Of a stretch of DNA of 64,000 nucleotides, positions 13,276-25,840 are shown one piece after another. The DNA comes from Octopus sinensis. Lineage: Eukaryota. Below the pieces are notes generated by a model, which worked only from the letters and a program-made list of their open reading frames with translations, was not told where the DNA came from and ran no database searches. Within the stretch, counting starts at the first letter, position 1, and each line of letters starts with the position of its first letter. A program made the translations under genes and the position numbers. The DNA lies in the NCBI RefSeq assembly GCF_006345805.1, contig NC_043021.1, positions 26,536,001 to 26,600,000 on the forward strand, in the 5' to 3' direction.

Positions 13276-13569
13276 TTAAAATAAGACATTTGTATAAGAC
13301 CAAGTGTAGTTATGTTTGTTTTTGACTTAAAATATATGGATTATCATATTTTGACTCCTTAACATTTAATCCGGCCACATACCTGTTTTATGTTCAAGCA
13401 GACGAGATCGGGCCTCTCACACCTTCTCCACAATGTCATTCTAAAAATAAACAATCGCATCATCCACACAAGGTTAAATGAAAGTGCTCACACACTAGAA
13501 TAGAACTTTTTCCCCAAAAAGATTAGTAACATCTTGGTAAAAGATTTCATAACATTTCTTTAAAAAACC

Positions 13570-13915
13570 ATCATCATTGTTTAACGTCCACTTTCCATGC
13601 TGGTATGGGTTAGACGATTTGACTGAGGTCTTGCGAACCAGATGGCTGCACCAGACTCCAGTATGATCTGGCAGTGTTTCTACGGCTGGATGCCCTTCCT
13701 AACGCCAACCACTCCGAGAGTGTAGTGGGTGCTTTTACATGCCACTTGCACGAGGGCCAGTCAGGCGGTACTGGCAATGGCCACACTCAAATGGTTCTTT
13801 TTATGTACCACCTGCACAGGAGCCAGTCCAGCGGCACTGGCAATGACCTCACTTGAATGTTTTTTCACATGGCACCAGCACAAGTGCCAGTGAGGCGACG
13901 CAGGTAACAATCATG
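13570..13915 (-). mobile_element. Family D RTE 3'UTR copy with ~60-bp internal tandem repeats
   Basis: CATCATCATTGTTTAACGTCCACTTTCCATGC...CTGGATGCCCTTCCTAACGCCAACCACTCCGAGAGTGTAGTGGG, followed by about three diverged GCCAGT...CTGGCAATG...CAC units. Confidence 0.8.
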
Positions 13916-14207
13916 CTTGAATGATTTTAAAAAATCACTTGAACACTTCAAAACTGTATTAAGTAAATCTCATAGACTTTCTAATATATATATATATATA
14001 TATATAAAGAACAGAGATGACAAAGGAATCAAACAGTTATTTTGTGACGCTAATGAAGTTCATAAAATAATTGTTCTATTCGTTTGTCGTCTCTATTCTT
14101 GTTACCACTTTCTACCCAAGATTAATTCTTTGTCCAGAAGCATACCCATATTGAGTTCTACACCAGGCTATTAGTCTTGTAATGCCTAAGCAAAATGTAT
14201 AAATGTG

Positions 14208-14500
14208 TGAAGGCACACGGCCCGGTGATTAGGGTATTTGGCTCATGATTGTAAGGTTGTGAGTTCGATACCTAGTGGGGGCATTATGTCCTTGAGCAAG
14301 ACACTTTTTCATGTCACTCCATTCCACTCAGCTGGTAAAAATGTGTTGTACCTGTAATTCAAACGGGCCAGCCATGTCACGCTGAATCTCCCTGAGAATT
14401 TTGTTAAGGATATGTGTGTCTGTGGAGTACTCAGCCACTTGCATGTTAAGTTCACGAGCAGGCTGTTTGGATCAACTTGAACCCTCCTCATTGTATCTGA
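14208..14500 (+). mobile_element. SINE family C (tRNA-like head, TCCTTGAGCAAGACACT central motif), tail variant 1
   Basis: GAAGGCACACGGCCCGGTGATTAGGG...GAGTTCGATACC...TGTCCTTGAGCAAGACAC...CCACTCAGCTGGTAAAAATG. A minus-strand copy of this variant lies at ~20410-20730. Confidence 0.75.
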
Positions 14501-15639
14501 CAGACACCCCGGCCCACATAAGTTTGCAGGTGAACCCGCCTATATTTCTTGGAAGATGAAGGCACCAGGATTGGTCCCTCCTGACCCTCTTACAATTCAG
14601 CAGAGAGAAAGAGATAGGAGTTGATCCCAGTATTTTTTTAATCTTTTAGTCAGATGGGAAGGCAATGCCCATGACCCTTTTCCCATTACAGGCTTTTGAG
14701 ACTGGTGGGAGTGAAAGAGGAAGGGATTCCCAAACAGAAAACTTAACCTCAATGCTTGTAACATAGTAGTGTCCTTTAAAGGCATCCAAAGTGCCAAGTG
14801 ATGATGTTAAACCGGGTGATGCCTTAAGTATAGCATAAAAGGAAGCCACCGTGGGATTTGAACTCAGATCACATAGAACTGGAACAAATATTACAAGGCA
14901 TCTTACAGTTCCACTAATTCATTATCTTGGATTGGTGCTTATCGCTTCCTCCACCTCCCATCGGCAGTGAAAGGCAATGGTGATCTCAGCAAGATTTGAA
15001 CTCAGAACGTAGAGACACAATGACTACAGCAAAACATTCTGCCCAATGGGCTAATGACTGCTACTTTATTTATCAATGCTTGAGGAATGACAGGCAAAAT
15101 TGATCATGGCAGGAACTGAGCTCAGTGCTGAGCCCAGTTACTGAGTCACTGCAATGCACTCACTGCTCTACCAGTTCTGTCAATCACCTAGCCCCCAAGT
15201 GGTATATGGTAGAAGTTTCCCTAAAGTCTTAATACTAAAGTTGTGCTTAATTCGTCGTCTAGACTCCTTATTAGGAGGTTTCTGGAGCAAACAGGCATAA
15301 ATAAAGTAAACTACTTTTCATAATTAAAGTATAATATATGCATATGTAAATTTGTTAACATGTGACTTTCGGGTAAATATAATTACTGACATTAAAATAT
15401 GCTGATTGGTTTGGTTATTAGCAGACTTATGTACAGTGAGATTTTTTTTTTCAAATTTGGAGAGAAAAAACCATTTTTTAAAAACTTTAACAGTCAGGAT
15501 TTCAGTCCTTAATATGTCTGAACCGTTTTTTTCCTGTATTTCTAATGATATGTGCTACCTGTATTTAAATTAATTTTTAAAATCTTTTATCTTTTACCTG
15601 TTTCACTCATTAGATGATGGGTGTGCTGGGGCAGAGCCT

Positions 15640-15958
15640 TGAAGAATATTAGTCGAATATCTTGACTCCACTACTTGTTTTTTTCTTTTTTAGCTTGGCA
15701 TTTATTCTATCAGTGTCCTTTGATGGCCTTGCTAGGTCACAGGGATGTAAACACACCAATACTGGTTGTCAAGTAGTGCTGGGCGACAAACAAAGATGCA
15801 TGCACATTCATATACAATGGGCTTCTTTCAGTTTCCATCTACCAAATCCACTCTCAAGGCTTGGTCAGTCGACCCAAGGCTATAGTAGAAGACACTTGCC
15901 CAAGGTGCCATGCAGCAGGACTGAACCTGGAACCATGTAGTTACTTACCACACAGTCA
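15640..15958 (-). mobile_element. SINE family A, decayed full-layout copy
   Basis: Both modules present in reverse orientation, with CpG decay. Confidence 0.75.
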
Positions 15959-16414
15959 TGATGATGGAACATAAATTAACAAAGTATTTTGATTGAAGTT
16001 TTTAATTTAGATAATTTTAAAAGAGGAAGTTTGTATCATAAAGTTGGGATTAGCGTTAGGCAAGTATCAAAAAAATGTTAATTTTTATATTTTTAAATTT
16101 TCCTTATTGAGGAAAAACCATACCCCAAATCCCAAACTTTAAGGTTCTCATATTGAAATAGAAATGATGAGAGTTTTTATAGAATGTATTTTCTGGCATA
16201 CAAGTCAATGTAATATATAAATGTGAATACGTTGTATAAACATTCAGACATTGTTATTATCTTTCCATGGCTGGCTGCGTTTCATCTGCAGTATTTTCTC
16301 CTTCAAAGTTGTTTTGGTTTACAAGTTGACCTATCTTTTTTGTATGTCAGAAAATATACTTTTTTATGAGTTTTTACTGTATATATTTATTATCATTATA
16401 TTTATTTCTTTATT

Positions 16415-16607
16415 GCCCACAGGGGGCTAAACATAGAGGGGACAAACAAAGGGATTAAGTTAATTACATCGACCCCAGTGCGTAACTGGTACTTATTTAA
16501 TTGACCCTGGAAAGATTGAAAGGCAAAGTTGACCTCGGCGGAATTTGAACTCAGAACGGCAGAAGAAATACTGCTAAGCATTTCGCCCAGCATGCTAATG
16601 ATTCTGC
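16415..16607 (-). mobile_element. SINE family B with tail variant GGGGGCTAAACATAGAGGGGACAAACAAAG, cut off by a hAT MITE
   Basis: TACATCGACCCCAGTGCGTAACTGGTACTTATTT...GGCGGAATTTGAACTCAGAAC. The same tail variant occurs at 55255-55470. Confidence 0.85.
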
Positions 16608-16848
16608 CAATGGTTCTCAACCGGGGTCCATATGGCCCCTGAAGGTCCATATAAGATTCTTGGGGATCCACACAACAAAGTAGTATACTGAGGATCCACA
16701 ATATTGTTTTAAGGGCCCCCATGCAAAAATTTTGCTTTAGATGTAAGTATTGGTATTTATTACAAAACATCGAATGGCTATGGGGATCCACCATAGTAAG
16801 ATAGTTCTCAAAAGGGTCCATAGATAAAAAAATGGCTGAGAACCCCTG
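16608..16848. mobile_element. hAT (Charlie-like) MITE
   Basis: Termini CAATGGTTCTCAACC...GGCTGAGAACCCCTG resemble CAG(T/G)GGTTCTCAA-type hAT TIRs. No 8-bp TSD is recoverable. Confidence 0.6.
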
Positions 16849-16889
16849 TATTAAAGGGAATAAGAGGATGAGTTGCTAGAATCATTAAT

Positions 16890-17984
16890 ATGCTGAGCAA
16901 AATGGTTAGCGGTATTTTGTTTGTCTTTAGGTTCTCAGTTTAAATTCTGTCAAGATCAACTTTGCCTTTCATCCTTTTGGGGTTAATAAAATAAGTACCA
17001 GTTGAACACTGGGGTCCAAGCGACCAGTCAGCACCCTCCTTCAGAATTTCAGGCCTTGTGCAAGGATTTATACTAAAAGTAATTCCACAACAAACTGTGA
17101 GATTGACATAAAGCTTTTATATTTTTTATTTTCCTTCTCAACTGGAATCACTCACACAACAGCTTTTGTCACCATAAAACTACAATCAAACAGTTAAGGA
17201 TTATGTTGTGGCTGTTAAATACACCACCAACCAACTTACATTTAACAATACGTTTTTAGGCCATTTAACCGTTTCAATACCAACTTACCTGAGACAGCTC
17301 CTAGTTCTCGGATAAAAACCACCTGTTTCAGAGTTCAAATGTCACTGAGATCAGTTTTGCTTTTCATTCTTTCGGGGTCGATAAAATAAGTCGCAGTTGC
17401 ACACCGGGCTTGATGTTGGGCATTGGGGTTGATGTAACTAACTCTCTCCCACAAGATATTTCAAGCCTTCTTGCGCTTAGGGTGGGAAAAAAATTACAAT
17501 AAGTGGCAGAATCATTAGTGCATCAAACAAAATGCTTAGCAGCATTTCTTCTGGATCTCTATGGTCTGTGTTCAAATCCCACTGAAGTCAACTTTACTTT
17601 TCATCCTTTTAGGTTCAATAAAATACCAGTCAAGTACTGGGGTCAATGTAATCGAGTAGCCTCGACCCCTAAAATTATTGGCCATGTGCCAAAATCTGAA
17701 ACCATTATTATTATTATATTGTCATTATCAACATTATTGTTATTATTATTGCTATTGTTGTTGTTGTTATTAAGGTGGTGAGTTGGCAGAATGATTAGCA
17801 AGCCAGATCAGAAGGTTGAGGATCATTTCATCTTTATGTTCGAAGTTCAAATTCCACTGGGGACGACTTTGCCTTTCATCCTTTTAGGGGGTCGATAAAA
17901 TAAGTACCGGTTCAATACTGGGGTTGATGTAATTGACTAGTCCCCTCTCCTGAACTTGCTGACCTTTAGCCAAAATTTGTGACC

Positions 17985-18026
<42 letters not shown>

Positions 18027-19092
18027 GGCAGTGAGCTGGCAGAATCAGCACGCTGGATGAAATGTTTAGCGGTATTTTGCCTGTTGCTATGTTCTGAGTT
18101 CAAACTCCCCTGAGGTTGACTTTGCCGTTCATCCTTCCATGGTCCATAAATTAAGAACCAGTTGTGTACTGGGGTCGATGTAATCGACTTGTCCCCTCCC
18201 CACAAATTTCAGGCCTTGTGCCTCTTTAGTCGAAAGGATTATTACTATTATTATTAGCACAGCTGTATTACTTCTAAGAACCTTCATTTGATGGCAATTA
18301 TCTGTTATAGGGTTAAAATACTTTTTTGTTTGCTATTAGAATATAAAGGAAGTATTGTGGGAGGTGCCAATCATTTGTTGCCAAGAAGAGAATAAATTTT
18401 ATCCAAGATTATATCTAAGACAATTCTGAGATGTAAATTAGTAAATTATTTGTCACCCACAAACTCATTTAGTTCAAATATTTTGCAACTGACATTTTAA
18501 ATAATTAAAAAAAAATACAAAAATAACGAAATGCCTCAACAACAACAACAACAAGAAATTGCTGATTTCAGCGAGTTCACCTTCTCACAGACATTTGATT
18601 CTGATTTAAAAAACAAACAAAATCAAAACAAAACAAAACATTCTAAAATCAACAATAAAAAAAAAAAAACCATGAACAAGAATAAAAGATCATGTTTTAT
18701 TTTTGTTTTTGTTTTGGAAGATTGTTGTTGGATTTTTCTTTTTTCCTTTTCTCTGGAATTTGATACTTGCAGGAGTGTTTGGAGATGTTCTGGGCCAAAT
18801 TCCATTGTCTGAACACTTGTGCTTTTCTGCTGTTGTCATAAATAGGCCGGTGGAGCTGAGAATTAGTGCTTGTTGGTATCAGCCTTGCCTGTGGGAACTA
18901 AACTGCTTCTGATGGTTACATTTCTGCTGGAAGAACAGGAAATAAATCTACCACACATTTCTATAGGCATCGTTGCCTCTCTTCCTTATTATTCTACCAG
19001 ATTTCCAATTGGTTTAACTTTAACAGAGATGAATAAATTTTGTTGTATCTTGGGTGGGTCATTATGGCAGTAATAAACACTGGTTCTATTTC

Positions 19093-19125
<33 letters not shown>

Positions 19126-19975
19126 GAAGGTGGCGAGCTTGCAGAAATGTTAGCACACTGGGTGAAATGCTTTGCGGTATTTCGTCTGTCTCTATGTTCC
19201 TAGTTCAAATTCCTTTGATGTTGACTTTGCCTTTCATCCTTTTGGGGTCGATAAATTAAGTACCAGTTGTGTACTGGGGTCGATGTAATCAACTGGCCAC
19301 CTCTCCCAAAATTTTGAGCCTTGTGCCTAGAGTAGAAAAGAACTGTTAGCATGGTGGGTAAAATGCTTAGCGACATTTCATCTATCTTTGCGTTCTGAGT
19401 TCAAATACTGGCTTTCATCCTTTCAGGGTCAATGAAATAAGTACCAGTTGAGCACTGGGGTTGTTGTAATCGACTTACACACTCTCCTGAAATTGCTGGC
19501 CTCGTGCCAAAATTTGAAGTCATAATTATCAGCATCGTTTGTCAGTCCACGGTGGCAAGGTGGTGGAATCATTAGCAAGCTGGATAAAATGCTCATCTGC
19601 ATTTTTTTTGGCTTTATGATCTGAGTTCAAATTCAGCTGAGCTCAGCTTTACCTTTCATCCTTTTGGGGTTGATAAAATAAGTACCAGTTAAGCAGGAAG
19701 TTGGGGTCAGTGTAATAGGGTAGTCTCCTCCCTGCAAATTTCAGGCCTTGTGCCTATAGTAGAGAGAAGCATTATTCGTCAGTTTAAGGTGTGAGGCTGG
19801 CAGAATCGTTAGCACACCTGGCAAAATGTTTAGTGGCATTTCTTCCAGTTTTATGATCTGAGTTCAAACTCTTCTGAGGTTGACTTCACTGTTCATCCTT
19901 TTGGGGTTGATGATATAAGTACCTGTTGAGCACTGGGGTTGATCTAATTGACTTCCCCTCCCCTTCAAAATTGCT
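16890..19975 (+). mobile_element. Cluster of about 9 co-oriented SINE family B copies (starts ~16890, 17330, 17505, 17772, 18024, 19126, 19345, 19548, 19788)
   Basis: Repeated AAGG(T/C)GG(T/C)GAG(C/T)TGGCAGAA...GAGTTCAAATTC...TTTCATCCTTT..GGGGTCGATAAAATAAGTACC...CTGGGGT units, several separated only by (TTA)n. Confidence 0.85.
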
Positions 19976-20130
19976 GGCTGTGTGGTTGGCATTAGCAAGG
20001 GCATCCAGCTGTAGAAGCTCTGCCAGATCAAGATTGGAGCCTGGTGCAGCCATCTGGTTTGCCAGTCCTCAGTCAAATCATCCAACCCATGCTAGCATGG
20101 AAAGCAGACGTTAAACGATGATGATGATAA
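19976..20130 (+). mobile_element. Family D RTE 3'UTR-type copy
   Basis: GGTTGGCATTAGCAAGGGCATCCAGCTGTAGAAG...CCAACCCATGCTAGCATGGAAAGCAGACGTTAAACGATGATGAT. Confidence 0.85.
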
Positions 20131-20347
20131 TGATGTGTCGAATTCAGAATGAATTATTATTTGTCAATTCATTAACCGCTAACAAATAAACAAATCGTTT
20201 GATTAATTGTTCAGTCATTCTATCAATCAACTAGGTTTGTTAAAAGTCTTTATTGTTGCTATCCCTCATCAATAAAATACCCGCTTTGATCCAGGTGTCT
20301 TTGATGCAGATTGATTGGCTTGTAATAATTAAAGAGCTGAAATAGCC

Positions 20348-20389
<42 letters not shown>

Positions 20390-20409
20390 GAGAGAGTGTG
20401 TGTGTGTTA

Positions 20410-20730
20410 ACTAACTGGCACTCCATCGGTTATGATGATAAGGGTTCCAGTTTATTCGATCAACGGAACAGCCTACTCGTGAAATTAACATACAAGTGGC
20501 TGAGTACTCCACAGACACGCATACCTATAATGTAGTTCTCAAGGAGATTCAGTGTGACAAGGCTGGGCCCTTTTGAAATACAGGTACTATTGATTTTTGC
20601 CAGCTGGGTGGACTGGAGTGACGTGAAACAGAGTGTCTTGCTCAAGGACACAACACGCTGCAGGCTACAGAATTCCTGATCTGATGATTGTGAGCCAAAT
20701 ACCATAACTGCTAAGCCACACGCCTTCACC
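20410..20730 (-). mobile_element. SINE family C, tail variant 1
   Basis: Reverse complement of the 14208-14500 type (GTGTCTTGCTCAAGGACAC...CTAAGCCACACGCCTTC). Confidence 0.7.
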
Positions 20731-21624
20731 TGTGTTTATTACTGCTATAAGATATTACAAAATGTTTCAACACACAAATCCACATCAAGAATCTTGCAAA
20801 CCACACACACACACACACAATAACTGTTTTTTTTTTATAGTAAAGGCTATAAATGATGATCTACAACTCATATCACCACTAATTTTTGTTGCATAACCCT
20901 TAGTCAGTCTTGATTCAGTAGACATACACTACACTCAGACATTCCAACCATGACCAGCCTACCCTTTTGTCATAGGTGGTTTATCTGGGACTGCATTGAG
21001 CAATGCACTTTTCCTTTTCAAAATGATAAGGTGTAAAACGGCTGCTATTTCTAGCACGTCGAGCAACTTCTTATAACCTGCCTCTTTGGGTCATACCACT
21101 ATCACTTTTGCTTTACAAATATAGCGACAAAGGCATGAATGCCTTTCCATTACATCATTAAAGAAATTATATCGACTAAAGTTTATAAATGTTAAAGTTT
21201 TGCAGTGGAGTAGCCATGATTAGCTCTGTCTAAATGAACCTGTGATACAAATATAATTTAAGTATTTTAATTAGTGTTAACAAATTTAATGAAGTAAGCA
21301 TCAAAGATCTAATTTATACATTAGGTCAATGATTAATGCTATTTTAATTAATTTTGGCAGCAAGTACCTAAGACAGTTTTTTTTTTTAATGTGGAACAGA
21401 CCTCGTTATGAGACGCAATGTAATGTAGATAGATTTAATAATGAATTTAATTCAGTGGAACTGTCTTAATGAAAATAATCCTTATTGGACTTAATTTGAT
21501 TAAGATAGATTTAATTGGGTCTATCTTAGTGAAGACAATCTTTATGGATGAAGATAGTCCTTATTCACAGTATCAATGAGATTATTGGAAGTCGTCATAC
21601 ACCATTGGTCACAATGCACTTCCT

Positions 21625-21848
21625 CATTGTTGTAGCTTTCAAATGATACCTCCCCACTGGCTAGGCATGCAGACCAACATTCTCCCTGAATGGGACGCTA
21701 GTCCCTTAGAGGGTTGGCTCATTTGCAGTTGAGTGGACTGGAGCGTTTTGCTCAAGAACACAATGCACCACCCAGTCTGGGAATTGAAACCATGATCTTA
21801 CAATAAGGAGTGCAACACTCTAACCACTAGGCCATGCTCCTTCATAGT
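21625..21848 (-). mobile_element. SINE family C
   Basis: GAGTGGACTGGAGC...TTGCTCAAGAACACAATGCACC...CTAACCACTAGGCCATGCTCCTTC. Confidence 0.7.
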
Positions 21849-21904
21849 CCTTATTACACCTGCCTTAATGAGGATAGATCTGTTGGACCTAACTTTCTTG
21901 GAGC

Positions 21905-22220
21905 TCCAGAGCTTGTCTGAGACAATGTGAAGAATCTTGATACAGGGGGAAATGAAACATAGATGTTGCACTGTTGCATTATAACAAGACATTGGCTCAT
22001 GCACCATTCCTTGTCCAAGAGTTTTTGGCAAAGCATGAAATGACTCTCATCTCCCAGTTGCCTCACTTTCTGGATTTGGTTTCCAAAACTGAAATCCACA
22101 TTGATTTCAGGCGATAGAAGAGATTGAAGAATATTCCTAACAAGAACTCTGTACCAAACCCTGGAAGTCTTTTCAGCTGATGCTTATAAACCATTTTAAA
22201 GGAGGCAAGTCTGATTAAAT
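21905..22220 (+). pseudogene. Decayed mariner (Tc1/mariner DD34D) transposase C-terminal fragment
   Basis: LHYNKTLAHAPFLVQEFLAKHEMTLISQLPHFLDL (cf. LHHDNAPAH...REFLAK...PPYSPDL), then after a frameshift FPKLKSTL, QAIEEIEE and terminal HFKGGKSD*. Confidence 0.8.
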
Positions 22221-22770
22221 TGTAGGTAAAGCAATAAATTACGTTTTCTCTGAAAAAAAATTATTTTTTTGTTTTTAAACTGACATGTGGGTGGTATTGG
22301 TGAGTGAGCAAGGATTCAGAAATTGTTTTGGTCAAAATTCTAACCGAAGCCTGCTTCTCTCAGTTCTTGCAGATTCTCTTGTAAGATTCAAGAATTAAAA
22401 CATTTTGAAGGAGATTTGGCTGTCATACTGAGGGGATTAAATGATTATAAAGAAATTCCACTGATTGGTTTGAGAAGCTGTCTGTTGACTTGTTTAAAAT
22501 GTTATCTTTCAATGTATTTTTGTGTTTGTTCCATGAAGGATTAAAAAATAAGTTTAACTTAAGACAAATACATTTGCTAGAAAAGCAGCCAGATTTCACT
22601 TAATGCACATCCTATCATCTTAAAATACCAGGAGGAAAAAGGACATGTTAACATTATAGTTCCATATTTCCAAAAAGACAGTTTCTATAGTTTGAGCTTA
22701 CTTTGTGAATGGTGAAAAGAATTGAATATTTTTTGAGGTTTTAGAACAATAGAATAAATGTATTAAATAC

Positions 22771-22826
<56 letters not shown>

Positions 22827-23578
22827 CATAAGACATGCAAGATAAGTGCACATACTAGGTTTGGTGGCAGTTAATGGGTAAAGGAATGTTACACAACACA
22901 TACGCACTCAGTGATAAAGAAAGACTCATAGAGACAGAAGAGGAAGTAATGACAATAAAAAATTATTCTTTTTGCGAATTAGTATTTATTTCCTCATTTT
23001 GTATAAAGTATCAACAGATTTAATAAAAGTTCAACCGTAATTATTAAATGTATGTTATATTCGAACCCAGTACTTATTTTTTAAGTCTTGTACTTAATCT
23101 ATTGATCTCTTTTGCCAAATTGTTAAGTCACAGGGATGTAGACACAAAGACATGCACACACCCACACAATGGGCTTCCACACAGTTTCTATCTACCAAGT
23201 TTATTCACAAGACATTGGTCAACTCAGGGTGGTAGTAGGAGACACTTGTTCAAGGTACCACATTGTGGGACTGAACCTGAAACTGCATGGTTGCAAAAGA
23301 AACTTGTTAAGTAATCCAGTTGAACACCCTCACTTGTCCTGGGCTGCTGCCAGGGGAGTCTACTCTGATACAAGCATCCAGACCAGATCTGTGGATAAGC
23401 CTTGATAAAGCCTAATCTTATTGCTTCTACAACAGTGATCTTTTCTTTCTTCATTTCCTCCCATAAAAGGCTATGGGCCTTCTCCTTCCTTACCTGACTA
23501 AATCATATTGTATTTTCCAGTATATTTCGAGTCCATGTAGTACATAGTGTAAACCTCCCAAAAGAATCCAAACTTAAA

Positions 23579-23805
23579 CCCTTTAGCATTTAAACCGGCC
23601 ACATTTGGCCCAAATATTCTATCTTGTTTTGTTTTCAAACTGGCCTGAGATCCTGCCTCTCAAACTGACCTTGCAATGTCATAAAAATAAACAATCACAT
23701 CATCAAAATTTGAAAGCTACACAATAATGAATGATTAATTAAAAAAACAAACAAATGTGAATAATTTAGCATTAGATTTGACAGAATAACTTGAATGTTA
23801 AAAGG
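23579..23805. mobile_element. piggyBac-like (TTAA) MITE, CCCTTTAGCATT family
   Basis: TTAAA|CCCTTTAGCATT...AATGTTAAAAGG|TTAA. Related copies lie at 55798-56384, ~62296-62512 (-), ~63380-63590 (-) and ~13358-13470. Confidence 0.55.
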
Positions 23806-24029
23806 TTAAGATATGAGGTCCCTCTTTTGTGAGTTCATAGGAATTTCAAGGGATGACTAGGGTCTGCGAAGACAATGCCTGTCTGTATTCGTAAGCCACT
23901 CTATGTGACTGGTGTCAGGTCATCCTTGTGTTACGTCTTCTCACCACAGGATGCCCGTAGACATGGTCCAACGTTACCAAGACACCATCAGATTCTGGAA
24001 CAGACACCACCTGGAATTCACTGTTGCCC

Positions 24030-24170
24030 TCCAGTTAGCCAGGTTGCGGCCCTAGTACTACCAGTGTCAGACCTGCCTGCCTTGGGTGGCCCTACTAGGG
24101 GCTTGAAATCCCCGATGGCATAGCTCTGACACTCACTTGTTTAACCTTCCCACCACAATGAGGTCATGGG
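24030..24170 (-). mobile_element. RTE-type 5'UTR-like fragment, copy 1
   Basis: Minus strand ACCTCATTGTGGTGGGAAGG...GTGTCAGAGCTATGCC...GTAGGGCCACCCAAGGC resembles, from memory, the 5' end of fish Rex3/Expander RTEs (CACCTTATCGTGGTGG...GAGCTATG...GGTAGGGTCTCCCAAGGC). A second copy is at 25572-25705. Confidence 0.55.
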
Positions 24171-25162
24171 TCAGGTTTTGAAATGAGGTTCTCATATTGA
24201 AAGAGAGATGACTAGAATTTTTATCCTGTATTTTCTGGCATTACAAGTGGATGTAGTAAATAATGAAAACATGTAGTGTAAACATTCAAACGTCATCGTT
24301 ATCTTTCCAAATCCTGCTACATTTCACATGGAATTTTTTGGTCCTCCAAACTCATCTTCTTGTATAAGTCAGTCTACCTTTTTTTTTTGTGTGTGTAAAT
24401 TTTGGTCTAAAAAATTCCATTTGTTTGCTGGAAAGTATGGTAACAAAAACAAGAAAACAATTTGGTGGAAATTTGCTCTGGTTAACCAAGTCTACATCGC
24501 CTGCTACAGAGACAACATTAACAAGAAAAGAATTTAAAACTCCAAATGCACCCCCCCCCCAAAGTTATAAAAACCATACAAACAAAAGTAAAACAGTTTA
24601 TTTAGAGAAGATACTATGTAGTGTAAAGGATGGTTGGGTGTTTTGTTTGTCTATTTTTTAAAATTTTTTAGCCTCATTCCCTGACACTTTAAACTAGGAG
24701 CAATAGTAAATTTGGCTGCCCCCCACCCCCGCTGTGTCACACACACTCTCTCTCTTTTCCTACTCTGCCTTCTCCCCTCCTGTTATGCCTTTATTCACTT
24801 ATTGCAGTGCTTGTATTTTTCTTTTCTTTTTTGAGTGGACTTGCTCTTAGCTGTATTATTCGAAATTACATACCATTGTGTGTGTGGGTGTACATGTATA
24901 TACTTGCACAGAAAACGTTTCGATTAACTTGTATGTGTGTGTATATATATATTACGGAGATGTACTTGCATAGCAAGTGATTTGATCTGAGATCGTGTGC
25001 TGAAACGAAAACAATTGCAGCATAGAAGGTGTTTGTAAGCCATTTAAGAAACACACAAAAGCCGTTCGATTCACTTCAACATTTAAGTTTAATTTGTCAA
25101 AATATTTTCGTCGCTTTAAGACCACGACCTGTTCACTGACAAAAATCTGTGCTGCATCTCTG

Positions 25163-25199
<37 letters not shown>

Positions 25200-25204
25200 A
25201 ATAA

Positions 25205-25455
25205 AATAAATGCGCCCTTTTTAAAGCCTAGCCAGGCTCATGGGCCCGGTCTCCCAGTTTCCGTGTTATATGTGTTCCCCAGCTGGACAGGACACCAGTC
25301 CATCGCAGCGTTGCTTATTTTTGCCAGCTGAGTGGACTGGAGCAATGTGAAATGAAGTGTTTTGCTCAAGAACACAACGCGTTGCCTGGTCCAGGAATTG
25401 AAACCACAATCTTACGATCATGATGCTGAGACCCTAACCACTAAGCCACGAACGT

Positions 25456-25460
<5 letters not shown>
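25205..25460 (-). mobile_element. SINE family C, near full length, tail variant 2
   Basis: AAATGCGCCCTTTTTAAAGCCTAGCCAGGCTCATGGGCCCGG...CCCTAACCACTAAGCCAC is the reverse complement of 63118-63372. Confidence 0.85.
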
Positions 25461-25491
<31 letters not shown>

Positions 25492-25571
25492 GTATATCTG
25501 TATATATATGGTTACATCATCTAACGTCCACTTATGCTTAATGTGGGTCAGATAGAATTTTCACCAGAGTC

Positions 25572-25705
25572 CCGTTGGCCAGGCTGCGGCCCTAATACCG
25601 CTAGGTGCCAGACCAATCCGCCTTGGGTGGCCCTACCAGGAACTGAAGTTCCTGACGGCATAGCTCTGACACTGCCCATTTACACCACCCTACCGCTTTG
25701 AGGAG
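25572..25705 (-). mobile_element. RTE-type 5'UTR-like fragment, copy 2
   Basis: Shares GCGGCCCTA, GCCTTGGGTGGCCCTAC and GGCATAGCTCTGACACT with 24030-24170. Confidence 0.55.
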
Positions 25706-25726
25706 GGGTTGGATTTTAGGGTAGTT

Positions 25727-25840
25727 ATAGTAAATGAGGTTGTATAAGAAGGTGTCATTCCTAAAGACCGAAGCAGCAGCATCATTGTCCACTGCTTACA
25801 AGAGCAAAAGGGTCACATTGGAGAGGGAGGTAACTGCAGC
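25727..25840 (+). mobile_element. Short RTE RT fragment
   Basis: IVNEVV*EGVIPKDRSSSIIVHC (cf. the SSIVNCYKGK region of the copy at 1-830). Confidence 0.6.

Noticed and set aside
18531-18812. ORF starting MPQQQQQQ
   Set aside because: The polyQ comes from a (CAA)n microsatellite and the rest runs through A/T-rich low-complexity sequence.
25590-25645. Pistol-ribozyme resemblance (minus strand GGTAGGGCCAC...CCTAGCG)
   Set aside because: The pseudoknot partner and P1 are not kept in the copy at 24063, and the stem order does not fit.
25572-25840. 5'UTR-like and RT fragments as one internally deleted RTE
   Set aside because: They appear to lie on opposite strands and are not adjacent in element coordinates, so they are listed separately.
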